This document shows, in pieces, positions 1 through 8,129 of a stretch of DNA of 21,732 nucleotides (the stretch's first letter is position 1; every line of letters starts with the position of its first letter). The stretch is taken from the sequence record SRR2962707_578; one strand, written 5' to 3'. A program made the translations under genes and the position numbers. Below the pieces are notes generated by a model, which saw only the letters and a program-made list of their open reading frames with translations, was not told the DNA's origin and did no database searches.

Positions 1-2
1 GT

Positions 3-1280
3 GCCATGGACCTGCCATCCCGGGCGGCTTCCGGCGCCAGCGCCGGCGCGGCTGCCATGGCCCGAGCCGGCAACTATATCCTGAGACCGGCGGCGGCCAA
101 CTTGAACCAGGCCTGGCAGGGTGCCGCCCGCCTGGTGACCCGAACCCAACTTGATCGTCTGGCCCGCAATAGCGTGACTCTGGCCAGCAATGGCAGTGCC
201 CTGCTGGCAGTGGGCTCCGGTGTGTTCTCCTCTCTGGCCCTGCTCGATGCCTGGGACAAATTCAAACATGGCAGTGCTGAGGAACGGCAGCAGGCTGGCA
301 CCAGCTTGCTGACTTCGGGATTGGGGCTTTCCGGTGCCTTTCTGGCTCTTGGCGCGGAGATGGCGGAGCAGGCCGCTAAGGAGGCTCTGAAGGCAAGCCT
401 TAAAAAGGCAGCGGGGATAGTGGGGGCTGCTGCAGCACTTATAGATGGGGCTGCTTCTGTCGTGGGTGCTTTTGAGTCATCTGATCAAGGAGACTCGGAT
501 GTAGCTGCGGCGAAGTTTATTCAAGGAGTGTTCTTGATTGGTGCGGGTGTGGCGGGTATGGCCGCTGCTTTTGGACTAGGTAAAGTGGCTCTTCTTGGGC
601 TATCTGTAACAGGATGGGGCTTAGTTCTCGTCGCCCTTGGTATTATCGCAGGATTTTTTGTTGCTGCTTTGCAGGATACCCCTACCGAAGAGTGGGCAGC
701 CCGAAGTTTATGGGGAAAAGCCAAGGACAAGTGGGGAAGCTTTGAGCGCGAACAGGGACAATTAAATACTTTGATGTTGGGTATCCAGGTGGATTTTGAT
801 TTTCGCAGCCGCTTCACCAACATGAGTAACTACGGCCGCTCCCTGGCTCATCAGGTCAACCCACTCAATATGGTTCGCGATGCGGGCAAACTGATTCGAG
901 GTGAACGGCCCGGCCCACAGATGATGCGCGAGGCCTGGGCCCGCATCGTCACCCCGCAAGCGCTGGAGAACCATCTATGCTGGCTGGTGCGGGTTATTGC
1001 CCGGCGCAAGGACGGTAAGGATGCGCTGGTGGCAAACTACAGCCATCGTCCCGGTGATGTCGTCTTGGTGGCGGCCCGGCGGGACACCTACGAGAACGAC
1101 ATGGAGAGCGTAAACCCAGATCAGGATGACAGTAAGCGGGAAGACGATTTCTGGACTGTGGAGCTTTCCGCCCAGTTGGATATTGAGGTCTACGAGGAGG
1201 CATGGGCCGAGGTATTGATCTACGGGGACCCAACGGCTTCAGAAGCTCCATTGGTCAACCACACACTGAGAGAGGAATAG
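3..1280 (+). CDS. C-terminal part (5'-truncated by window edge) of a membrane-disrupting polymorphic toxin / T6SS-type effector (VasX / BTH_I2691 / TIX-effector-like)
   Basis: Frame is open from the window edge. Long Gly/Ala-rich hydrophobic helices (IVGAAAALIDGAASVVGAF; FLIGAGVAGMAAAFGLGKVALLGLSVTGWGLVLVALGIIAGFFVAAL) are followed by DTPTEEWAARSLWG, a motif style seen after the TM bundle of such effectors. A DUF6708-like gene follows immediately. Confidence 0.65.
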   Translation, partial: AMDLPSRAASGASAGAAAMARAGNYILRPAAANLNQAWQGAARLVTRTQLDRLARNSVTLASNGSALLAVGSGVFSSLALLDAWDKFKHGSAEERQQAGTSLLTSGLGLSGAFLALGAEMAEQAAKEALKASLKKAAGIVGAAAALIDGAASVVGAFESSDQGDSDVAAAKFIQGVFLIGAGVAGMAAAFGLGKVALLGLSVTGWGLVLVALGIIAGFFVAALQDTPTEEWAARSLWGKAKDKWGSFEREQGQLNTLMLGIQVDFDFRSRFTNMSNYGRSLAHQVNPLNMVRDAGKLIRGERPGPQMMREAWARIVTPQALENHLCWLVRVIARRKDGKDALVANYSHRPGDVVLVAARRDTYENDMESVNPDQDDSKREDDFWTVELSAQLDIEVYEEAWAEVLIYGDPTASEAPLVNHTLREE

Positions 1281-1288
1281 CTGATTCC

Positions 1289-2170
1289 ATGCCGGTAGAC
1301 GATAAAGAACGTGGCATTCTGATTCCGGAATGGCGGAAAAAAGAGCCGGAGCTGACGTTTACGGAATCTCAACGTAAGCGGAATATCTATGCACGCAAGG
1401 CCCCGCTGAGGGTAATGCCCAATGATAAGAAACAATCCGTCCACTTGAAACCGGTCAGCTATAGAACGGTATTGCGGGTCCTGCCTGAGGCGATTGAAGT
1501 GGGAACCTCCATGGGGGAAGGCGTAGCCAAGTACCTAGGAGTCGGCGGCTTTCTGGTAATACTAGTGGCATTATTTATGGTTATCTATCCATGGTTCCGC
1601 AATGAGGAAGGTTTTCTATTGTATGGTTCTCTTTTTTTTGGAGTTATATTTCTTCTGATTGGGATAACGTTTGTCCGCCGAGCGTTTTTCAGTCCCTCCG
1701 ATCATCCGACCTTATTCAATCGCAAGACCCGGCAGGTACATGTTATCCCGCTGAAGCCACTTAACTTCTTGAAATTTTGGGAAAAAGGCAAGCCTGGTAA
1801 GATGAAAACCTACTCCTGGGACAACGTTACCGCCCGCACCTACCGGCGTCTGGATGTGCCGGGTGGCACGGTGGCGCGCACGGAGACGGCCATGGAATTA
1901 CTTTGCATGACCGAAGAAAACCCGAAAGTGGTGGATGAGATGGTTAGTCTGGGCATGACTGGGACCTGGAGTGACAATAATCAGGTGGCACTGTGGGAGC
2001 ATATCCGTCGTTACATGGAGGAGGGTGGTCCGCCGCTGCAGCCGGGTGATCAGTTGCGTAAGATCAACCACGACAAACTACCGGAATTTCCACCAGAAGT
2101 GGTCGAGGCCGCCGGAGGTCCGGCGTTAACGGAAGAGGAGCTGGCACAGTGGACACGGCCACAAGAGTAG
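1289..2170 (+). CDS. DUF6708-like inner-membrane immunity protein (putative cognate immunity of the upstream toxin)
   Basis: ATG 1289 lies 8 nt after the toxin stop, with AGAGGA at 1271-1276 (preferred to the ORF-track start at 1202). Two TM helices, then PTLFNRKTRQVHV, WDNVTA and LWEHIRRYMEEG, matching the P.xFNRK.R.V...W..V.A...WE.IR.YME.G pattern I recognise for DUF6708. Confidence 0.7.
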   Translation: MPVDDKERGILIPEWRKKEPELTFTESQRKRNIYARKAPLRVMPNDKKQSVHLKPVSYRTVLRVLPEAIEVGTSMGEGVAKYLGVGGFLVILVALFMVIYPWFRNEEGFLLYGSLFFGVIFLLIGITFVRRAFFSPSDHPTLFNRKTRQVHVIPLKPLNFLKFWEKGKPGKMKTYSWDNVTARTYRRLDVPGGTVARTETAMELLCMTEENPKVVDEMVSLGMTGTWSDNNQVALWEHIRRYMEEGGPPLQPGDQLRKINHDKLPEFPPEVVEAAGGPALTEEELAQWTRPQE

Positions 2171-2311
2171 CGTCAGTCGTCGTGGAGAGACAGCCGAACC
2201 ATTGACTCGGCTTGGTATCCGACGGGATTTCCTGGTCAAGTCTCCAAAAGAGCGCAATGTGCGCCATCTCACATTTTCTTGCCCTTCCCATCACGGAACT
2301 CCGCTTAGGGT

Positions 2312-2375
2312 TTGGCCCTTTCGTCCTTTCTGTTAGCCTACGAATTTAGTCTTATTCCCGTTTTGGGGGGGAATA
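2312..2375 (+). promoter_or_regulatory. Candidate promoter and inverted repeat upstream of the kinase operon
   Basis: TTGGCC (2312-2317), 16 nt spacer, TAGCCT (2334-2339) with an extended -10 TGn. Perfect inverted repeat TATTCCC (2353-2359)-N9-GGGAATA (2369-2375). Pattern match only. Confidence 0.25.
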
Positions 2376-2413
2376 CAACAAAAGCGCCTGTAGGCACGCA
2401 TGGGGACGCGTTA

Positions 2414-5400
2414 ATGAGGTGGTTTCAGAATCTGTCCGTCCGGCTGAAGATTCTCGCCGTGGCGGTTTTGGGGATTGTGCTTTTTCTCGCTTACTTTTTG
2501 TACAGTTATTATATCGCCGCGACCAATATCGACCACTTGAGCCGCATCGAGAACCATGATTTCCCGGTGCTGGAGCTGGTGAACGCCAACAATCTCGAGT
2601 TCGTGGGGATCGCCGACGCCTACAGTACGGCCATCGCCCAGATCGACGAGCGGCCGCTGGATGAGGCCAGGGTGCGCTCGGACCAGTTTCTGGAACGGCT
2701 TGGCGATATCGATCGGCTGGATCCGGCGTTGACGGACGATGTGGACAGAATCCGCATGTCCTTCATCGATTATCTGAATGAAGCGAATGGTCTCGCTCAG
2801 GCGCTGATCGAAGACCCCATGACCCTGGTGAACAGCTACGCCTGGCTGGATCGGGTGGAGTTGCTGGAGCGCCAGCTCAAGCAGGTGCAGGACGAGTTCC
2901 AGGCGAAGCGCTACGAGGCTTTCCGGGATACGCTGCTGCGCAGCCGTGAGGATAACCGCAGCACGCAGATGATCGGTCTGGCGCTGGGTGTGATGGCCTT
3001 TACCCTGCTGGGTTGGATCGCTCTGAGGGTGACACGCTCCATCACACGGCCATTGGAGGATGCGGTGGGTGCCGCGGACAGTATCGCCAATGGCAACTGG
3101 GACACCGCCATCCAGAGCGAAAGCCGGGATGAGACCGGTCACTTGATCCGTGCCATCCGCAAGATGCGGGACACCATAAAGCACCGCATCGAGGACGAAA
3201 AGCGTCAGGAACAGATCAAAACCCGGCTCTCCCAACTGGGGGATCTGATGCGTGGCGACATGGCCATCGACAAGCTCGGCAGCAATCTGCTGGGCTATGT
3301 AATTCCCACTTTAAACGCTCAGATCGGTGCCTTTTATACCTTCGATGTGGAGCGCGAGCGCCTGTACATGCGGGCGGCCTATGCCATGCAGCGCCGCAAG
3401 CATCTGGCCAATGATTTTGCTTTGGGTGAGTCACTGGTGGGGCAATGCGGGCTCGAAGGCAAGCCGATCATTCTTGAGGAGGTTCCCGAGGATTACATCC
3501 TGGTGTCCTCGGGCACCGGTAACGCGGTGCCCCGTAATCTGATGGTGATTCCCATCTTCCATGAGGAAGAACTCAAGGGGGTGCTTGAGATCGGCTCGTT
3601 CCGGCGCTTCGGAGAGGATGACCTGACTTTCCTCGAACAGGGAGTGGAACTGATCGGGGTGGCGCTGCATAGCGCGCAGAGCCGGCTGCGTTTGGGGGAA
3701 ATGCTGACCCGTACCCAGGAGCAGGCCAAGGAATTGAGCCTGCAGAAGGAGGAGATGGCCCGGGCCAACCAGGATCTGGAACGCCAGGCTTCCGAGCTGG
3801 CGGCGTCCGAATCGCGCCTGCAGCAGCAGCAGGAAGAGCTCAAGGCCATCAACGAGGAGCTGGAGTCGCAAACCCAGGCATTACGGGCGTCGGAGGAGTC
3901 GCTGCAGGCGCAGCAGGAAGAGCTGCGGGTGACCAATGAGGAACTGGAAGCCCAGGCGCGCATGCTCAGTGAGCAAAAGGGGGAGATGTCGCGCAAGAAT
4001 ACCGAGTTGGAGACACTCCATGAGGAGCTGGAGGACAAGGTCAAGGAGTTGGAGCTGTCGTCCAAGTACAAGTCCGAGTTTCTCTCCACAATGTCCCACG
4101 AGTTGCGTACACCGCTGAACTCGATTCTGATTCTGTCCAACGCCCTGGGGCAGAACAAGAAAGGCAATCTGGACGAGAAGCAGGTGGAGCACGCCCAGGT
4201 GATTCATTCCGCCGGCTCGGATCTGCTGTCTCTGATCAACGACATCCTCGATATCTCCAAGATCGAGGAAGGCAAGATGGACGTGGTCATCGATGAGATC
4301 ACGCCTCAGGACGTCTCTGATTACTTCCAGCGTCATTTCACCCATGTGGCTGAAAACAAGGGTGTGGGCTTCAATGTGGTGATTGAGGAGGGCGTGCCGT
4401 TGCATTTTTATACCGACAAGCAGCGGCTGGAACAGATCGTCAAGAATTTGCTCTCCAATGCTCTCAAATTCACTGACGAGGGCAGCGTGACATTGACCAT
4501 TGCCCGGCCGGCCGAGGATGAGCGCATTCCCGGGAGGGTCCTGGAACGCGACAGCACCTTGTGCTTTGCCGTCACCGATACCGGTGTGGGTATTGCCGAG
4601 GATAAGCAGAAGCTGATCTTCGAAGCCTTCCAGCAGGCCGATGGCACCACCAGCCGCAAGTATGGCGGCACCGGACTGGGGCTGACCATTTCCAGGGAAC
4701 TGGCCCGTCTGCTGGGCGGGGAAATCGGCCTGCGCAGTGATGGTCTGGGGCAGGGCGCGACGTTCACGCTGTACTTGCCGGAAGGCGAGGCGCTGGGAGC
4801 CGAGGCCGCATTGGAGGAGAGCATGGACGTGGGCGCCAACGCCGAAGCGCACACTGCTCCCACCGCGCCCCTCGCCGTGGAGCCGTCAGCGGAAGAGTAT
4901 GTGGTCCGTGAGAAGACCGTGCTGGTGGTGGAGGACGATCGTGAGTTCGCCAATGTGCTGGTGGATTTGGCCGCGGACTACGGGCTGGAGAGCCATATCT
5001 GTGTTGACGGCGAAAGCGGTCTGGAATACGCCAGCCGTTATCGTCCCAGTGCCATCATTCTGGACATCGGCCTGCCGGGTATCGACGGCTGGGAGGTGAT
5101 GGAACGTCTCAAGGCGGATCCGCGTACCCAGGATATTCCTGTGCATTTCCTGTCCGGCAAGGATGAGCGTAAGAAAGCGTTGGACTTGGGCGCCATCGAC
5201 TTCCTTACCAAGCCGGTCAGCCAGGAGCAGATGCTGTCCGCGTTCGGCACCATCGAGCAGGCCATCGAAAAGAATGTCCGCCGCTTGTTAGTGGTTGAAG
5301 ACAGCGAGGCTCAGCACGCCAGCATCCGCGAGCTGTTCGACCAGAAGGGTGTTGAGATTACCGCGGTGACCAGCGGTGAGGAGGCCTTGTCGGCATTGGG

Positions 5401-6082
5401 AGAACGGGTCTATGACTGCATGATTCTGGATCTGACCCTGCCGGATATGACCGGCTTCGAATTGCTGGAGCGTCTGCACGAAGGCGACGAGAACGAGGCC
5501 CTGCCGGTGGTGATCTACACTGGCAAGGATCTGACCCGGGAAGAGGAGGCCAAGCTGCGCAAGTACGCGGACCGCATCATCCTCAAGACGGAGCGTTCCC
5601 ACGAGCGGCTGCTTAATGAGGCCTCGCTGTTCCTGCACTGGCTGGAATCCACTCTGCCCAGCCATCGGCGCGGCAATCCGGAACTGATCGAGCACCGCGA
5701 TGACATTTTCGAAGGCAAGCGGCTGCTGTTGGTGGACGACGATATGCGCAACATCTACGCACTGTCCGCCCAATTGGAGGAACTGGGCTTCGATATCGAG
5801 ATCGCCAATAACGGCCGTGAAGCCATTGAAGCCCTGGAGGCATCCCCACAAACGGATATCGTGCTGATGGACATCATGATGCCGGAAATGGACGGCTATC
5901 AGGCGATGGGGCACATCCGGCAGCAGCCTCGGTTCGCCACGCTGCCGATCCTGGCTCTCACCGCCAAGGCGATGAAGGATGACCGGTCCAAATGTCTGGA
6001 GGCGGGTGCCAATGACTACTGCTCCAAACCCATCGACATGAGCAAGCTGACCTCGCTGATGCGGGTCTGGCTGCACCGTTAG
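2414..6082 (+). CDS. Membrane-bound hybrid sensor histidine kinase: TM-periplasmic helical sensor-TM-HAMP-GAF-coiled coil-HisKA-HATPase_c-REC-REC-REC
   Basis: ATG 2414 with GGGGA at 2402-2406. H-box FLSTMSHELRTPLN, N-box QIVKNLLSNALKFT, G1 DTGVGI, G2 GGTGLGL. Three receivers (ILDIGLP, ILDLTLP, LMDIMMP). HAMP SITRPL...DETGHL; GAF GESLVGQC...LMVIPI...GVLEIG. Confidence 0.95.
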   Translation: MRWFQNLSVRLKILAVAVLGIVLFLAYFLYSYYIAATNIDHLSRIENHDFPVLELVNANNLEFVGIADAYSTAIAQIDERPLDEARVRSDQFLERLGDIDRLDPALTDDVDRIRMSFIDYLNEANGLAQALIEDPMTLVNSYAWLDRVELLERQLKQVQDEFQAKRYEAFRDTLLRSREDNRSTQMIGLALGVMAFTLLGWIALRVTRSITRPLEDAVGAADSIANGNWDTAIQSESRDETGHLIRAIRKMRDTIKHRIEDEKRQEQIKTRLSQLGDLMRGDMAIDKLGSNLLGYVIPTLNAQIGAFYTFDVERERLYMRAAYAMQRRKHLANDFALGESLVGQCGLEGKPIILEEVPEDYILVSSGTGNAVPRNLMVIPIFHEEELKGVLEIGSFRRFGEDDLTFLEQGVELIGVALHSAQSRLRLGEMLTRTQEQAKELSLQKEEMARANQDLERQASELAASESRLQQQQEELKAINEELESQTQALRASEESLQAQQEELRVTNEELEAQARMLSEQKGEMSRKNTELETLHEELEDKVKELELSSKYKSEFLSTMSHELRTPLNSILILSNALGQNKKGNLDEKQVEHAQVIHSAGSDLLSLINDILDISKIEEGKMDVVIDEITPQDVSDYFQRHFTHVAENKGVGFNVVIEEGVPLHFYTDKQRLEQIVKNLLSNALKFTDEGSVTLTIARPAEDERIPGRVLERDSTLCFAVTDTGVGIAEDKQKLIFEAFQQADGTTSRKYGGTGLGLTISRELARLLGGEIGLRSDGLGQGATFTLYLPEGEALGAEAALEESMDVGANAEAHTAPTAPLAVEPSAEEYVVREKTVLVVEDDREFANVLVDLAADYGLESHICVDGESGLEYASRYRPSAIILDIGLPGIDGWEVMERLKADPRTQDIPVHFLSGKDERKKALDLGAIDFLTKPVSQEQMLSAFGTIEQAIEKNVRRLLVVEDSEAQHASIRELFDQKGVEITAVTSGEEALSALGERVYDCMILDLTLPDMTGFELLERLHEGDENEALPVVIYTGKDLTREEEAKLRKYADRIILKTERSHERLLNEASLFLHWLESTLPSHRRGNPELIEHRDDIFEGKRLLLVDDDMRNIYALSAQLEELGFDIEIANNGREAIEALEASPQTDIVLMDIMMPEMDGYQAMGHIRQQPRFATLPILALTAKAMKDDRSKCLEAGANDYCSKPIDMSKLTSLMRVWLHR
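3803..3970 (+). repeat. Intragenic 84-nt (28-aa, 4-heptad) tandem repeat in the kinase coiled coil
   Basis: CAGCAGGAAGAGCT occurs at 3827 and 3911 (84 nt apart). Units: ASESRLQQQQEELKAINEELESQTQALR and ASEESLQAQQEELRVTNEELEAQARMLS. Confidence 0.8.
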
Positions 6083-6093
6083 GAGGCTCTCTC

Positions 6094-6960
6094 GTGCAGC
6101 AGTCCATGGACGTGATCGACGACGATCAGATTCAAATCGAGGATATCGAGATCCGCTTGCTGCTGGAGGCGATCTACCAGCTCTATGGCTATGATTTTCG
6201 CGCCTACAGCCGGGCCTCCATGCGCCGCCGGGTGATGCATCGCCTGACCATGTCCGGCTTCCCTTCGGTGATGCAAATGACCGAACGGGTGCTGCGGGAT
6301 CGTCAGTTTTTCGTCACGCTGCTCAATGATCTGACCGTCAACGTGACGGAAATGTACCGGGATCCAGAGTTTTATCGCGCCTTCCGCGAGGAGGTAATCC
6401 CGGTATTGAAGACCTTTCCGTTCATCAAGATTTGGCACGCCGGCTGCTCCACCGGTGAGGAAATTTATTCCATGGCCATTCTGCTGGAGGAAGAGGGGCT
6501 GTACGACCGGGCCATGTTGTACGCCACCGACATTGACAAGAATGTACTGGTGGCGGCTAAGAAAGGGATCTATCCCATCGATGCCTTCAAGCAGTATACC
6601 GAGAACTACCGCCGGGCCGGTGGCCGCAAATCGCTGTCGGAGTACGCCACGGCGCGTTACGACAGCGTGATCATGGAGCAACGGCTAAAGCGCAATATCG
6701 TTTTTGCCGATCATGATCTGGCCACGGACCAGGTGTTCGGCGAGATGCACGTGATCTTGTGCCGGAATGTACTGATCTACTTTGACCGGCCGTTACAGGA
6801 ACGGGTGATCCGCCTGTTCGACGACAGCCTGGATCTGGGTGGTTTCCTTTGCCTGGGGACCAAGGAAAGCCTGCGTTTCAGTGGGAACGAAGACGCTTTC
6901 GATGTAATCAACAAGTCACTGCGCATCTTCCGTAAGCGACAGATCCCACATAACGCCTAA
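6094..6960 (+). CDS. cheR: CheR-type protein-glutamate O-methyltransferase
   Basis: GTG start with AGGAGG at 6081-6086. Motifs YGYDFRAY, LTVNVTEMYRD, IWHAGCSTGEE, YATDID, ILCRNVLIYF, GGFLCLGTKE. Confidence 0.95.
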   Translation: MQQSMDVIDDDQIQIEDIEIRLLLEAIYQLYGYDFRAYSRASMRRRVMHRLTMSGFPSVMQMTERVLRDRQFFVTLLNDLTVNVTEMYRDPEFYRAFREEVIPVLKTFPFIKIWHAGCSTGEEIYSMAILLEEEGLYDRAMLYATDIDKNVLVAAKKGIYPIDAFKQYTENYRRAGGRKSLSEYATARYDSVIMEQRLKRNIVFADHDLATDQVFGEMHVILCRNVLIYFDRPLQERVIRLFDDSLDLGGFLCLGTKESLRFSGNEDAFDVINKSLRIFRKRQIPHNA

Positions 6961-6973
6961 ACCGAGAAGAACG

Positions 6974-7465
6974 ATGATCGAGCAGAAGCTGCTTTTGGTC
7001 GATGACCAACCCGCCAATCTGGTGTCTCTGGAAGCCATTCTGGAGGAGGAAGGACGCGTGTTGCTCAAGGCCGAGTCCGGTCAGGCCGCCTTGAGAATCA
7101 TGCTCAGGGAGGACATTTCGCTGGTGCTGCTGGATGTGCAGATGCCGGGCATGGACGGTTTCGAAGTGGCGGAACTGATGCGTCAGCGCAAGGATACCCA
7201 GACCATTCCGATTATTTTCGTGACGGCTATCTCCAAAGAGAAAAAGTATGTGTTCAAGGGTTATCAGGCCGGCGCCGTGGATTACCTGTTCAAACCTCTG
7301 GATCCATTGATTCTGAAAAGCAAAGTCAACTTCTTCCTGGAGCTGGACCGGCAACGCCGGGACCTGCTTGCCAAGCTGAAGGAAGCCCAGGCCCACCGCG
7401 CCGCCTATGAGGCGGAGAAGGCCCGTATGCAACGGGAACGGGGAGGCGGCTCCGGTACGGCCTGA
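6974..7465 (+). CDS. Response regulator: receiver domain plus short coiled coil, no output domain
   Basis: LLLVDD, LLDVQMPGMDG, IIFVTA, DYLFKP, then a short helical tail. Confidence 0.92.
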   Translation: MIEQKLLLVDDQPANLVSLEAILEEEGRVLLKAESGQAALRIMLREDISLVLLDVQMPGMDGFEVAELMRQRKDTQTIPIIFVTAISKEKKYVFKGYQAGAVDYLFKPLDPLILKSKVNFFLELDRQRRDLLAKLKEAQAHRAAYEAEKARMQRERGGGSGTA

Positions 7466-7552
7466 AGACGATAGGGCGGGGAGCAGGAGCGAAAGGGAGC
7501 GGATGGCAATGACACAACACCGGCAAGCCAGTAGGCGCGCCGGCCGGGCGCC

Positions 7553-8128
7553 ATGCGCCGGGCGGTGAAAGCGGTGGTAATGGGGGCGTCCTGGGGGGGA
7601 TTGAACGCCTTCTCCACGATTCTCGCCGCTTTACCGGCGCGGTTTCCGGCCGCGGTGCTGCTGGTCCAGCATCAGCATGCCAGCGCCGACAACCGGTTGG
7701 CGTGGTTGTTGTCCCGCTATAGCGCCTTGCCGGTGCGGGCTCCGGAGGACAAAGAGGAGATTCTGCCCGGTCACGTATATGTGGCGCCGCCGGGGTACCA
7801 CATGCTGGTCAATGAGGACGACACCGTGGCACTTTCCACCTATCGGCCGGTGCATTTTTCCCGGCCGTCCATTGATGAGCTGTTCTTCTCCGCGGGTCAT
7901 GCCTATGGCGCGGCACTGGTCGGCGTATTGTTGACCGGCGCCAACGACGACGGTTCCGACGGTCTCGATTATATCCGTCGGCGCGGCGGCCATACTCTGG
8001 TGCAGTCACCGCAAAGCAGCGAGGCGCCGGTGATGCCCGAAGCGGCGATAATAAAAGGCGCGGCGCGAGAGGTGCTCGATCTGGAACGGATCGGGCCGTA
8101 CCTGGCGGACTATTTGGTTGGGTTGTGA
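7553..8128 (+). CDS. cheB: Stand-alone CheB-type methylesterase (no receiver domain)
   Basis: Ser-His-Asp triad motifs GASWGG, VQH and LTGANDDG, plus YVAPPGYH and RPSID. Alternative start GTG 7565. Confidence 0.93.
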   Translation: MRRAVKAVVMGASWGGLNAFSTILAALPARFPAAVLLVQHQHASADNRLAWLLSRYSALPVRAPEDKEEILPGHVYVAPPGYHMLVNEDDTVALSTYRPVHFSRPSIDELFFSAGHAYGAALVGVLLTGANDDGSDGLDYIRRRGGHTLVQSPQSSEAPVMPEAAIIKGAAREVLDLERIGPYLADYLVGL

Positions 8129-8129
8129 C

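Noticed and set aside
1202-1288. ORF-track N-terminal extensions (1202; likewise 2312, 8118, 15550, 17894)
   Set aside because: They overlap upstream genes or lack an RBS. Downstream starts have an RBS or stop/start coupling.
1632-1639. T8 homopolymer in the immunity gene as a phase-variation tract
   Set aside because: Short, in frame, and explained by Leu-Phe-Phe codons in a TM helix.
2192-2212. Hairpin after the immunity gene as an intrinsic terminator
   Set aside because: 6-bp stem with a 9-nt loop and no U-tract; kept only as an unassigned palindrome.
6094-8128. Interpretation as a flagellar chemotaxis operon
   Set aside because: No cheA, cheW or MCP is present, and CheB lacks a receiver domain.
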